Shown here: piece after piece, positions 52,870 through 64,000 of the stretch
Position numbering within the stretch: position 1 is the first letter of the stretch
How the letters are laid out: each line of letters starts with the position of its first letter
Assembly: GCF_048593235.1 (NCBI RefSeq)
Contig: NC_133617.1
Location: forward strand, 420,092,958 to 420,156,957
From: Sminthopsis crassicaudata
Taxonomy: Eukaryota
Direction of reading: 5' to 3'
DNA length: 64,000 bases
Notes under the pieces: model-generated
What the model was told of the DNA's origin: nothing
Seen by the model: only the letters and a program-made list of their open reading frames with translations
Databases searched by the model: none
Program-made: the position numbers and the translations under genes

Positions 52870-53800
52870 CTCTCAGCACCTTGTTTTTTGCTTTGTATTG
52901 AATTGGGTCCCAATTGTTTATTGGACATTTCTGACTGGAGATTCTTTAGACATCTCAAGCTCAGTAAGCCTAACACAAAATTTATTTATTCTCTTTCCTC
53001 TCAAACCTATCTATCTGTTTTCTAGACTTTTCTTATTTCTGTTCTAGTCATCCAGGCTCACAAATTCATTTTTTTCCCCTTGACTTTCTCTTCTCTTTCA
53101 TATCCAACCAGATTAACAAATCTTGTCTATCCTCCTATTCTACAATATCTCTCACTCCTCACTCCTTTCATGTTAAGTTCAGGACATCACATTTCCGGCC
53201 CATGTTATCTCCATATCCTCCTGATTGTTCTCTGTCTTCCAGTTTCTCCCCATTTCAGCATATCATCCATCAAACTGACAAAATGATATTCCCAAACCAC
53301 AATTGTTACTATATCACTTCTTTGCTCAAGAAGTTTCAATGGCTCCCCTATTGCTTCTAAAAAAAATGGCAAACTTTTTTCACTTTAAAAATTTGTCACA
53401 ACCTGGCTTCTATCTCCAACCTACTTTCTATATTTTTAATACTGTTTCCCTCCATTCATTCTATAGTTTAGCCAGATTGGCCTACAGGTTGTTCCTTCAA
53501 CATGATATATCATCTCCCATGTATATCTGCCTTATACAGGCTATTTTCCATGTTGGGAGTGCATTTCCTTCTCCTTTACTCCTCCTAGAATCTCTAGCCT
53601 TATTCTAAGTTCCAGTGCCAACTTCTCCAGTAAGTTCTTCCAGACCCCAGCTACCAGAGCTTCTTGTGAAATTACCTTGTATTTACTTTGTATCTTTCTG
53701 TATGTCTACATTTAGATGTTAGTTCCTGGAGAACAGTAATTGTTTCAAGTCTATGTTTATAAATCCAATGCTTGGCACATAGTAGGTGTTTAATAATTGC
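52870..53800 (+). mobile_element. L2 remnant with 3' end
   Basis: L2 3' terminus motif (tggcacatagtaggtgtttaataa); approximate. Confidence 0.6.
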
Positions 53801-55319
53801 TTAACTGACTCACTATATTAATTATTCACCCAGATTAATTTTCTTAGTGTATAAGACTAACCACAATACTCCTTTTCTCAAAAATTTTCAAAGACTTTCC
53901 TTGACTCCTTGGCCTACTGTTCTTTCAATTATTCTACCTGGCTTTTCTCTATTTTTCTTTATCAAAACAACAAGCATATATTAACTAGTAGTAACTAATT
54001 CTAAATTCAGTCTTTTAATATCAAAATTCACATATATGTTCATTTTGTTGTTAAATCTAATATTGAGTTATTTTAAAATCCATATAAAACTCATCCAATA
54101 CCAGTTTATAAAACCCTATTTTCAGATGGGGAAGGTGAAATACAACACATGTGAAATAAGAGATGTGCTTATGAAAGTATCTCACAAATAAATCCATTAA
54201 TAAAATATTAAATCCAAATCCCAGCTACCTTTATCATCCATATGAAATCTCTGTCTATCCTGTGGGGCTTAGTGTAAAAAGCATTTATCATACTCTATCC
54301 TATTCTAATACCATCACTGAAACTTAATCCCCAAAGTGAGTGCATTTTATAGCCTCCAGCTGGTCTCAGCCACAGCTATGATAGCAATATGTCTAAGAAT
54401 TCATCCTCCAAGTGTTTAAAATGCTTTCAACCATAGAAAAAGGCTTATTCCACAGGGGAACTGTTAGTCATGGAAAATCCAGGTGGTGGCTTAACTTCAT
54501 TGAATCTCAGTACATATAGTAAAACATGTATATATGTACTATATATAAATTTATTTTTTTAATGTATGAGAGGACAATAAAATCAAAGAATCGACTGAAA
54601 AACAATTTGAAATTACATAAGGAAAGTCACTAAACTATTCACATAATTGGCCTACTGGCTTCTAGTCTGTTCTTTCCTCCTTTAACTTCTACCCAACTGC
54701 CAAAGTAATCTTCAACCAGCAAAGGCCTACCCATGTGATTTCCTATTCTAAAGCTTTCAATGACTGCCTCTTACTGTGAGAAGAGCAAACGAATTCCTCA
54801 ACCTGGCTAAAAGTCTCCCTAAATTTGACTACAAATAACCTTTCTGACATTAATTCACATTATTTTCTATCATATACTCTCTACCTACCAGACAAACTGA
54901 ACAACTAATAATAGTTTCTCTAAGGTAGCATCTCATGTTATGCCTTTGTTGATTTGCACAAATGTATCTCACAGGCCCATAGGAATATATCTTCTCATTT
55001 CCACTTCCAGAATTCTTTTTTTTTTTTTTTTTTTTTTTTTTGGCTTCCATTCAGTGTCCACCTCCTTTGTGAAGTCTTCTCTGATACTCCACTTGTTAAT
55101 GGTATCCAATTCTTCATAGTTCTAGGTTTCTCAATATACTAGGTCTCCAGTGGAATTAAGCTTCTTGAGGACAGGTTCTATTTAATTTTTTGGTTTTGTA
55201 TCCTTAATATCTAAAATAAAGCCAAACACATAGTGACTAATCTTGACTTTTTTGTCTTTCTGCTTCTATCTCATTCTCTTTTTCACAAAATCCCAGAGTT
55301 GGAAGAGCTACTGGGGTGG

Positions 55320-55677
55320 GGTGGGGGAGTGTCATATAACCCAAAACTGCTTAAACTGTAGATCATGACTTCATATAGGAGCATGTAATTGAATATGGGG
55401 GTTGTGAAAAATTAGACAACAGTAAAAGGTTTCTGAATGCAGTGACCAAAAATTAATTCAAAATCAAATGTTTAATGAATCAGATGTTTCTAGCAATGCT
55501 TGCCAGTGTTGCATTGTGATACTTTACTGTAGCCTTAGTTCTGAGCACACAAAGTACACACTTTGTACTGTACATGCATAAATTCTGTCAGAAATGGTTC
55601 AAATTCGAGATGGGGGCATGTAAAAGTTTCTTGGGCAAAAAGGAATTACAAATAGAAAAAGTTTAAGAAGCTCTGGT
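55320..55677 (+). mobile_element. Old hAT-Charlie-like DNA transposon remnant
   Basis: hAT-type right end AAAAAGTTTAAGAAGCTCTG; left end degraded. Confidence 0.45.
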
Positions 55678-55906
55678 ATAACCAACCATTCCTGAAATAT
55701 GAATCCTCTCTACAAAATTCCTATTGAGTGATTGTCTAGCCTCAGCTAATATGCCTGCAAAAGAAGGAATTCATTGCTTCATGGGCCAGTTCACTTATTT
55801 AGGATGACTCTTAATTGCTAGGAGGTTCTTTGCTCTCACTGAGATGAAATCTGCTTCTTTGTAATTTCTATCCATTGGTCCTAGTTTTGTCCTCCAGAGC
55901 TAAATA

Positions 55907-55908
<2 letters not shown>

Positions 55909-55941
<33 letters not shown>
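55909..55941. repeat. (TG)16 microsatellite
   Basis: Read directly from sequence. Confidence 0.95.
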
Positions 55942-55943
<2 letters not shown>

Positions 55944-57743
55944 ATACACCCAGGATCACAGCATTTAGAATGATCATAAATTTGAACCTCATCATTGTAC
56001 AGAGAAAGAAACTGAAGTCTCTTTAAGTGAAGTGAATTGCTTGTCACACAGGTAAGGTAATGTTCCAGATTAGTATTCTTATACCAGTATGTCTCTCTTC
56101 CACATAACAGCTCTTCAAAATATTTGAAAACAGAAACCACTTTCTTTGAGACAGCATGGTGTAGCAGAATAGGGACCTAGGATCTAGTTGCAATTCTGCC
56201 ACTCACTCACTGTGCAATCCATTCTCTATCTTTATTCTTTATATTAGAAATTATGTGAACTAAAAAAGGCTCAAGAAACATCTTACAAAATACTTCAAAG
56301 TCAATAGGAAATTCTTTAAATGCATCAAAAAGAAAAAAGCTAGAGAAAATAAGTGGAACAATTTGATGAATTATGAGTACTATTGGATGGAAGGAGATAG
56401 CAAGATGGAATAAATTATTTGCCTCAGTTTCTATAGAAGAAGATATGGAGACTGCTACTCCCAGATTTTCTTTTAAGGGGGCTAGGGAAAGAGGACTGCA
56501 TTCTTTGATTGTCTACCCCACCCCAGAGTCCATGTTGTCTCAGGTCTCTGACATCCTTGACTTAGTCTGTCATGCCAATCAACTACTACAGTTTTGCTAG
56601 AATACTGAACTTAAAGATTGGACCCTGACAAAGATAATATACAGCTGTTACAACCAGACCTATTAGCTCTGTAGGCTGGCTGTCTTTTAAAAGAGATAGC
56701 TGCTTGGTTAAAGGAAGAAAAAGCCATTATTATACTTTGTTTCCCTACCTGAGACCAAAATCCTATTCTAGTGGCAATGTTGCCTAGGACCTAAAGCTGA
56801 TAAACCATCAACTGTTTCTTGCCAAAGTGCCAATCCAATCCCTTTAAGAGTTATACGCCACTTTCTGAAATAGCAGATACCAGCTTCTTCAGGCCCATTT
56901 AAATCCTTTTAGATTCTATCAACCCACTCTCTACAGCTACACCAATCAAATTTCCTGTCACTTCCCCAAAACATGTCTCACCCCCCCAGTCCTAGTGATT
57001 GCTGCAAATCTCTGGCTGCTCCACATTAAATAGCAAATCTCCATTTTTAGTTTCTACCTATTATATATACCTCAACAATCTCACTAATTAGACTTTTCTA
57101 CTCCATCAAAACCCAACCCTTGGACCAGTGGACCAAGAAGCATAATGGAATTAGAAACTGGTTCTCCTTCAGTTCCAGGGTTCAAATGTCACATAATAAA
57201 GACCATATAACATATAACAAAGTCAACTATACCTGAAATGAAAGTTCAGATAAATTAGGGGAGAGAACCCAGATTTGGTTCTACAAAGAATTCTACACAA
57301 AATGTTTTTGGTATATTAATTTCTGACCAGATGTAGATGCATTTCATTATTGGCAAGTCCAAGGGATGTATTGCTGCTTTGCCTTTTGGCTGACATCAAG
57401 TGGCCACATCCTACCTTCCTGCATAACCTTGGCTTTAATAAACCATTAAAGGATTTCCATGGAAAGAGTGCTTGAACTTTGGCCCAGCCTCATCTCCTGA
57501 CCCAAGAAAGCTTGCCTATCTTCTCTAAACACCAGAGGCCATTCTTATTCGCTCTGAACTACAGAGAACTCTCTTGGTTATATCTCCTAAATTATTCCAT
57601 TTTGTTTTCATTTCCAAAGCCTTTTGGGACTAGGTCTACAAATTCTTATTCTCATAGCTTCCAGGGAGCTTCTTAGAGCTCTAGAACCTTCTTTCTAAAT
57701 CAGAACTTCAGGGTATAGTTGTGGTATATATATATATATGTGT

Positions 57744-57774
<31 letters not shown>

Positions 57775-59053
57775 ATATCACTAACCCCAGGAGATTTAGG
57801 TACAATCATCTGTTCTGAGCACAGAGGACCATGTTCAGCTGTTTCCCATGGGCTGGAAGACCTCACTTGTTGCTTTCCTAATTCAGAAAATATAAAGTAC
57901 CTACTATATTCAAGGTACTGTGCCAGGTTCTAGGGACACAACAAATAATATTTTAAAAGATGTAAAATACAAAGGAAATATATTGAAATTATTGCCAAAA
58001 TAATTTTTTAAAACTTCACAACCCTTATTCTTCCTTCTCTGAGTCTATAATAACTAAAGGGTTATACAATAAACTAAGAAACAATCACTTCCTTAAGTGT
58101 TGTCTTCTAAGCCCAGTTGGATCGCTTCTTTTGTATGATGTGCATACCCTGCTCCTCCTGGAAGAAGCAGTTTTGTCTTTTGAGCTAACTCTAGGCCTTG
58201 AACCATTCCTAGAATCACAGAATATTTGAACTGAAAGGAACCCTAGAGATCACCAGGTCAAACATATTGAGAGAAACAAAGGGATTTGCCGGAAAAAAAC
58301 ATTCAAGACCCAGTTCCAGCCATTCCTGAATTCTTTCCTAAGGGTGTTCCCATCTCTCAGAACTAATGTGGAAGAATTTGGGGACTAAAAATGGGGATTC
58401 CCAGGTGGTCTTCATAAATACTCTGGAATCAGTGGCTTCCTCTGGGTGTCAATCTGTGGAGCACTTATAATGCCAAATTAGGGAGTCTTGACTTCATTCA
58501 GCAAGCTATAGGAATCTCATAATAACAAAGGTAAGATAGCCGAGCTATAAATCAAATAATTGATTCTGCTATACTAAGAAACAATTGAACATTTTTGAGA
58601 AAGATTAGAAGGATCAGTCTTGTACATAAAGAAGATTAATTTGGATAGATTATTAGTATATTCAGTTGACTACTTAAGTACTTACTATGTGAAAGGTACT
58701 GGGTTAATTAAAAAAAAGTCTGTTCTCTAGGAACTAACATCTAAACTAGATATATCAATATATATGCATATAGCTACAAATATAGATAGATACAAAAACA
58801 TATAAAATAATTACAAGGTAATTTCACGGGCAACTGATAGTGGGGTCAGGAAGAGTTTCCTAGAAAGAGTGGCTAGAGATTCTAGGGGATTTGAGGATGG
58901 AATGCACTCCAGATATGGAAGACAGCCTGTACAAGGGCAGGGTATGCATGTTTGAGGGACAGCATGTAGGCTAATTTGTCTAGACATGAATGCATGAAGG
59001 AAAAATGTAGTGTAAGAAACTTGGAAAGGTAAGCAGTCAGGTGACAGATTTTT

Positions 59054-59859
59054 GATTTTTTATTTTAATTTTAATTTTTTAAAAATTTTATTTAGAATTT
59101 TTTCCCACAGAAAATATGCATGAGTAATTTTTTAAATAATATTATCCCTTGTATTCATTTTTCCAAATTATCACCCTCCCCCCGATGACAGGCAATCCCA
59201 TACATTTTACATATGTTACAATATAACCCAGATACAATATATGTGTGTAAATACCATTTTCTTGTTGCACATTAAGTATTAGCTTCCGAAGGTATAAGTA
59301 ACCTGGGTAGATAGACAGTAGTGCTAACAATTTACATTCACTTCCCAGTGTTCCTTCTCTGGGTGTAGTTATTTCTGTCCATCATTGATCAACTGGAAGT
59401 GAGTTGGATCTTCTCTATGTTGAAGATTTCCACTTCCATCAGAATACATCCTCATTCAGTATTGTTGTTGAAGTGTATAGTGATCTTCTGGTTCTGCTCA
59501 TTTCACTCAGCATCAGTTAATGTAAGTCTCTCCAAGCCTCTCTGTATTCCTCCTGCTGGTCATTTCTTACAGAACAATAATATTCCATAACCTTCATATA
59601 CCATAATTTACCCAACCATTCTCCAATTGATGGACATCCATTCAACTTCCAGTTTCTAGCCACTACGAAAAGAGCTGCCACAAACATTTTGGCACATACT
59701 GGTCCCTTTCTGCTCTTTAGTATTTCTTTGGGATATAAGCCCAATAGCAGCAATGCTGGGTCAAAGGGTATGCACAGTTTGATAACTTTTTGGGCATAGT
59801 TCCAAATTGCTCTCCAGAATGGCTGGATTCTTTCACAGCTCCACCAACAATGTATCAAT
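59054..59859 (-). mobile_element. Young 5'-truncated L1 (ORF2 C-terminal Cys-rich domain + 3'UTR) with 13-bp TSD
   Basis: Open ORF 59517-59858 (HCWWSC...IPFDPALLLLGLYPKEI...CPSIGEWLGKLWY); TSD GTGACAGATTTTT at 59041-59053 and 59860-59872; inserted into an L2-like remnant. Confidence 0.92.
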
Positions 59860-62800
59860 GTGACAGATTTTTTAAATGAAATGAGTTTGCCATTGTTCCT
59901 AGAAGCAGTAGGGAGAAATCAAAACTATTTGAACAGAGGAGTGATGTGGTCATTAACTGTGCCTTAGGAATATCATTTTGGCAGTTTGGTGGAGGATGGT
60001 CTGGAGAGGCCAGAAACTGGGGGGGAAAAAAAACAATTAGGGCAATATGTAGATAATCTGGGCTGGTCAGCAGTGAAAGAAATATGATGTAAGAGATTGT
60101 GGGGTTACTTCCTTGTGGCCTTAGGTAAATCACTAGGTATTTACTGAGTTGACAGCCAAAGAATAGTAGCAATAAAATATTGTCTCCATAAATCTGGAGC
60201 ATGCTCTCCCATAGAATGGAAACTCACAAAAAATTCCCTTGTAAAGCAGAACACATGCAGAGAAGTCATGTGGCACAAGACACTTCCGTCTCCAGATCTT
60301 GGGCTCAAGAAACTAATTTGTCAAGGTCTCTTTATGCTATTCCCCCTGGCACAGTGTCCCCACTCTTTAGATTGACACAGTAGGGATAACTTTTGGACTC
60401 ATAGTTGGGGAAAAAAAGTAGAGAAAAGAGGCTCATGAAAAAAGTTGATGTTTACATTTTTTTAAATACATCATCTTGGCTTCTTTTAGCCCCAGTCTGG
60501 ATGGCAGGCAGAAATGATTCCCAGAATCCAAGGCCAAGGCCAGAACTCTGGCCTAAGCCCACATACACACATCCCCAAAGGGAATGTTTGCCCTGTAGGC
60601 CATAGGTTTTATTGGAGGATAGACTACTATGAGCAGACCAACTTCATTTAAACCATAAAGTTGAGCTGTCAAAAATGACCAGAGGGCAAAATGGCTACTA
60701 AGTCCTGGACCTGGATCGAGGACATGGACTGAAGTATTCATTTTAAGTCATTTCTTTAGTTTTAAACAATCTCCGCTTTGGACTCACAGACTTATGTCTT
60801 GATTATTGCCCTTGGTAGAGTATGTTACTCTTTTCATTTCATTTCGGTTGATCTGGTAATGTTTTCATACCTTGTAGTGGGGAAATACTTATTTTCAATT
60901 CATTTAACTCTTTAATACCTTGTTATTTCTGTTAAGGACTCCTTATATTCTATAATTCTGTCAAAAGGGTAATGGGGAGAATCTGTCTCTTGGTATATCC
61001 TAATCAAATTCTTCCCACTGCAAAGCATTTAGTTACTTTCAGTAAATTGATTATGGCATATTTTCAATGGTAGGTGATAGGAGTAGAGTGATATTTCCAT
61101 CCCAACTTTTTCTCTGATGTATTAAAAACCTAGTGTTCATGTGACACTTTGAAAAACAAAAAAACAGGAACAACAAATAACAATAGCATTTGTAGCATTT
61201 TAAGTTTTGCAAAGCAATTTACAAATATTCTCTCATTTTATCCTTACAGCAGTCTTGAGAAGCAGAGGCTATTATATTCACTGTGCCATCTAGTTGCCAT
61301 CATAGGAAGATGTTAAATTTTAGGTTTTAGAGCTTGAACAAGAACTTTTAAAATTATATATTCCCAATTCATTTTATAGATGAGGAATATGAGACTCAAT
61401 GAATTTAAGTGGCTTGCCCCACATTAGATAATAACTAGAGCTGGCATTCAATCTAGGTCCTCTAATTTCAAGTGCTGGTAGAGGCTCTTTTCACCCATCA
61501 TCTACGTTTTATGATCTCAAGAAATAATGGACCCTACTCATGTGGTACAAGAGCAGGAGAAATACTGTCGAAGTTCTTGTAGCATGTTTTATTCTTGAAG
61601 ACACTGAGAGATTCTTCATGGAAGAGCAGTCGGTTGCCTCTATGAGTAGTTAGAGTTACTTAAATCATCATAGCATTTTATTAACAACCAATCATATATT
61701 GATAATATATAGACTTATATAAGCATTTGTACTTTATAGTTTCACCTTGTACAGCTTCCATAAATGTACTGGCTATGGCATAAAAAATATTTATTATTGA
61801 GTAAACATTTGTTGAATTGCATTTGTTTAATCTTGGGTGTGGGGCAGACAGCTGAATTTAGGTTTGGGTTTCTGGGGATATTGAAGATATTCATAATCAC
61901 TTCTATTAACAATTCTCAAATTCCAACACTAGGATCTGAAGATCAAAGACCCTACTTACCAGGAATATCCTTCGAAGCTGGTTTTTCTGACCTCTCAGGT
62001 AATTTTAGTCTGCTTTTTAAATGTTTCTGAATAATTTAAAACTTTCATACCATTGTAAAAAGTGTTTAGCTTAAAAAAAAGTATTTGTTGAGCAAGTTAA
62101 AACCCCTTAGTATATGGATTAGATTTTACAGATTTACAGATTTGATCAACTAATTCCCAGATTGGGAACTGAGCCTGAGGGAATGGAGCCTGTTTAAAAC
62201 TAAGGAAATGACTTATATTGAATACTCAGTTTATGTCCATGTTCCTGGTCCAGGATTTAGTAGCTATTTGCCTTTTGGAAATTTTGGAATTTGATGGCAG
62301 CTCTATTAGTAGCCCTCCACCTTAATGGTTTACATGAAGTTAGTCTAGTCATAGGAGTCTATTCCACAATATGCCCTGTGGTCTAAGGATAAATATGCCC
62401 TTTGGGGATATACATATATATATATATGATTTTAGGACAGATTAATGGCCTGTGGTCTTGGATTCTGGGAATCTTCTTTGCCTTGCCACCCAGACTGGGA
62501 CTAAAAGAAGCCCCAAGATGGTGTATATAAAAATTTTTTAAAATAAACTCCAACTTTTTTTTCATGATCCCTTTCTCTTCCCTACTTCTCTTCTCCAACT
62601 TTTCTTTATTCTTTGAAATATACCCTTATTAGTTCCTTTTATTTCTTAAAGCTTCTTCTGTATCCTTTGTGACAGGTTTTCTTGGTGTTTCATCCTACCT
62701 GAAGTGAAGAAAAAAATCACAAGTAGTCTGATATGGTGTAGACCTAGCAGCATAAAGGCAGGTAACTGACATGGACAGAGGGTACTTATTGCCCTGAAAC

Positions 62801-64000
62801 CTTAGAAATTGGTATATTTTATCCCCCTTGTTCAAAGAAAACCTGAGAATTCAGAGTACATTTTCATTTATGGGACATCAGGTTAGTTTAAGACTTCTGG
62901 AGAATAGTTCAGACTTTGGAAGAGGTTTGGAGTTCACTTTAGAGTACATTATCCTGCTAGTTTTCCTAGAATTAATTTCTTTGGCCTGTGTGCCATCCTT
63001 GTGGCACACAAGGAGTAGCTCCAGACCACATTAGCCTCTAGGACCCTGTCTTTTCCTCAATGTATAAGAGACATTCCACATGGATGCAGACCTAGGAATC
63101 CAGCCTCTGTCTAGGCTGGCCCTTCCTGGGGGAATAGAAATTTGAGTATATCTTTGTGGTGCAATAAAAGCCACTTCAATCTGAAAAAAAAAATTAGCCT
63201 GATCCTATTTTAGTGTTACTTAGGTCATAAGGATCCTGAACCACTCAGGCTTTGCAAAATTACAGTGAGGTCACCATATGACTAAAATTGTATGACCAGA
63301 AACTAGAATTTCAGCTCCCTAGATGATAAGAATAAGCTTCAGTGAGAATAATCAGAAGTTTTGTACCAGAAAAATTTATCCCAGAAGCACATAACAAATT
63401 TAAAGTTGTAAAGGACCTTGAGAGAATTCCCTCATTTTATATAGGAAGAAATTATTCCAGAAGAGGAGTTAGTGACTCATCCAGACAGGTAGTCCCTAAC
63501 CAACATGAGATTCTGATTCAGGTTCTCTGATATCAAATCCATTGTTTTTTTGCTACATTTAGAAAATTTATGCTAACTTCTGTACTTCTGGTAGGTTTGT
63601 AGGAAGCCATGTGACTCTTTAGTGTCCAAAACCCTATCATCTCGGCATTAAATTGTACTCTCCTGGGTAGCAGGGACTGTCGGTTTTTGGACAGGCAGAA
63701 TACCTGGCACAAAATGTTTATTGAATAAATGTTATTTGCTTAATCTCTGACTATAGCTATGCTTTATCTCAAGTTGTTTCTTTCCTTTTGGATTGTTTCT
63801 CCTTTTTCCTTTCATTCAAGATGTTTTCACTTCACTAATTGAGTGCTGACACAACTCATGTGGTTTTGACTTAATTACTGTACACTAGATTTGTCGATAC
63901 CTTTGTTACATACCTACAGTCTGGGGTGCCTGGTTGGGTAGTCAATAAAGAATTTAATTGAATTTGTCCTGAATTTCCAATTATGGCCACCAGATGTCGC

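Noticed and set aside
36700-64000. NPR2 or other protein-coding exons expected by synteny
   Set aside because: No natriuretic-receptor, guanylyl-cyclase or other recognisable peptide motifs found; NPR2 probably lies beyond the window.

Overview
Mammalian genomic DNA, very probably from a dasyurid marsupial (inferred from WSINE1-type SINEs, an OC1-type hAT MITE and marsupial-type L1/MAR1 repeats). It corresponds to the human 9p13.3 block TLN1-CREB3-GBA2-RGP1-MSMP. I rebuilt four complete spliced CDSs by hand. All introns are GT-AG and exon phases are consistent: CREB3 (+, 9 coding exons, 1929-5892, 366 aa), GBA2 (-, 17 exons, 27151-6429, 954 aa), RGP1 (+, 8 coding exons, 28273-31958, 391 aa) and MSMP (-, 3 exons, 33124-32199, 138 aa). 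The left end is a CpG-island bidirectional promoter that probably holds non-coding TLN1 first exon(s); the TLN1 assignment rests on synteny only. Gene orientation alternates throughout, giving two shared promoters and two shared 3' ends. From ~36.7 kb to the end the sequence is repeat-rich intergenic DNA (L1, L2, L3/CR1, MIR/MAR1, WSINE1, hAT) with a 290-N assembly gap, and I recognised no NPR2 exons. No RNA genes, CRISPR arrays or prokaryotic features were seen. The most interesting unexplained signals are: a candidate poison exon and tandem NRF2/MAF-type elements in GBA2 intron 1; uORFs and a G-quadruplex in the GBA2 leader; a 20-bp dual-strand polyA/AU-rich element shared by RGP1 and MSMP; a coding-like segment beside an orphan CpG island upstream of MSMP; a horizontally transferred OC1-type MITE; and a SINE plus an L1 inserted at the same target site. 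I found no convincing wholly new gene system.
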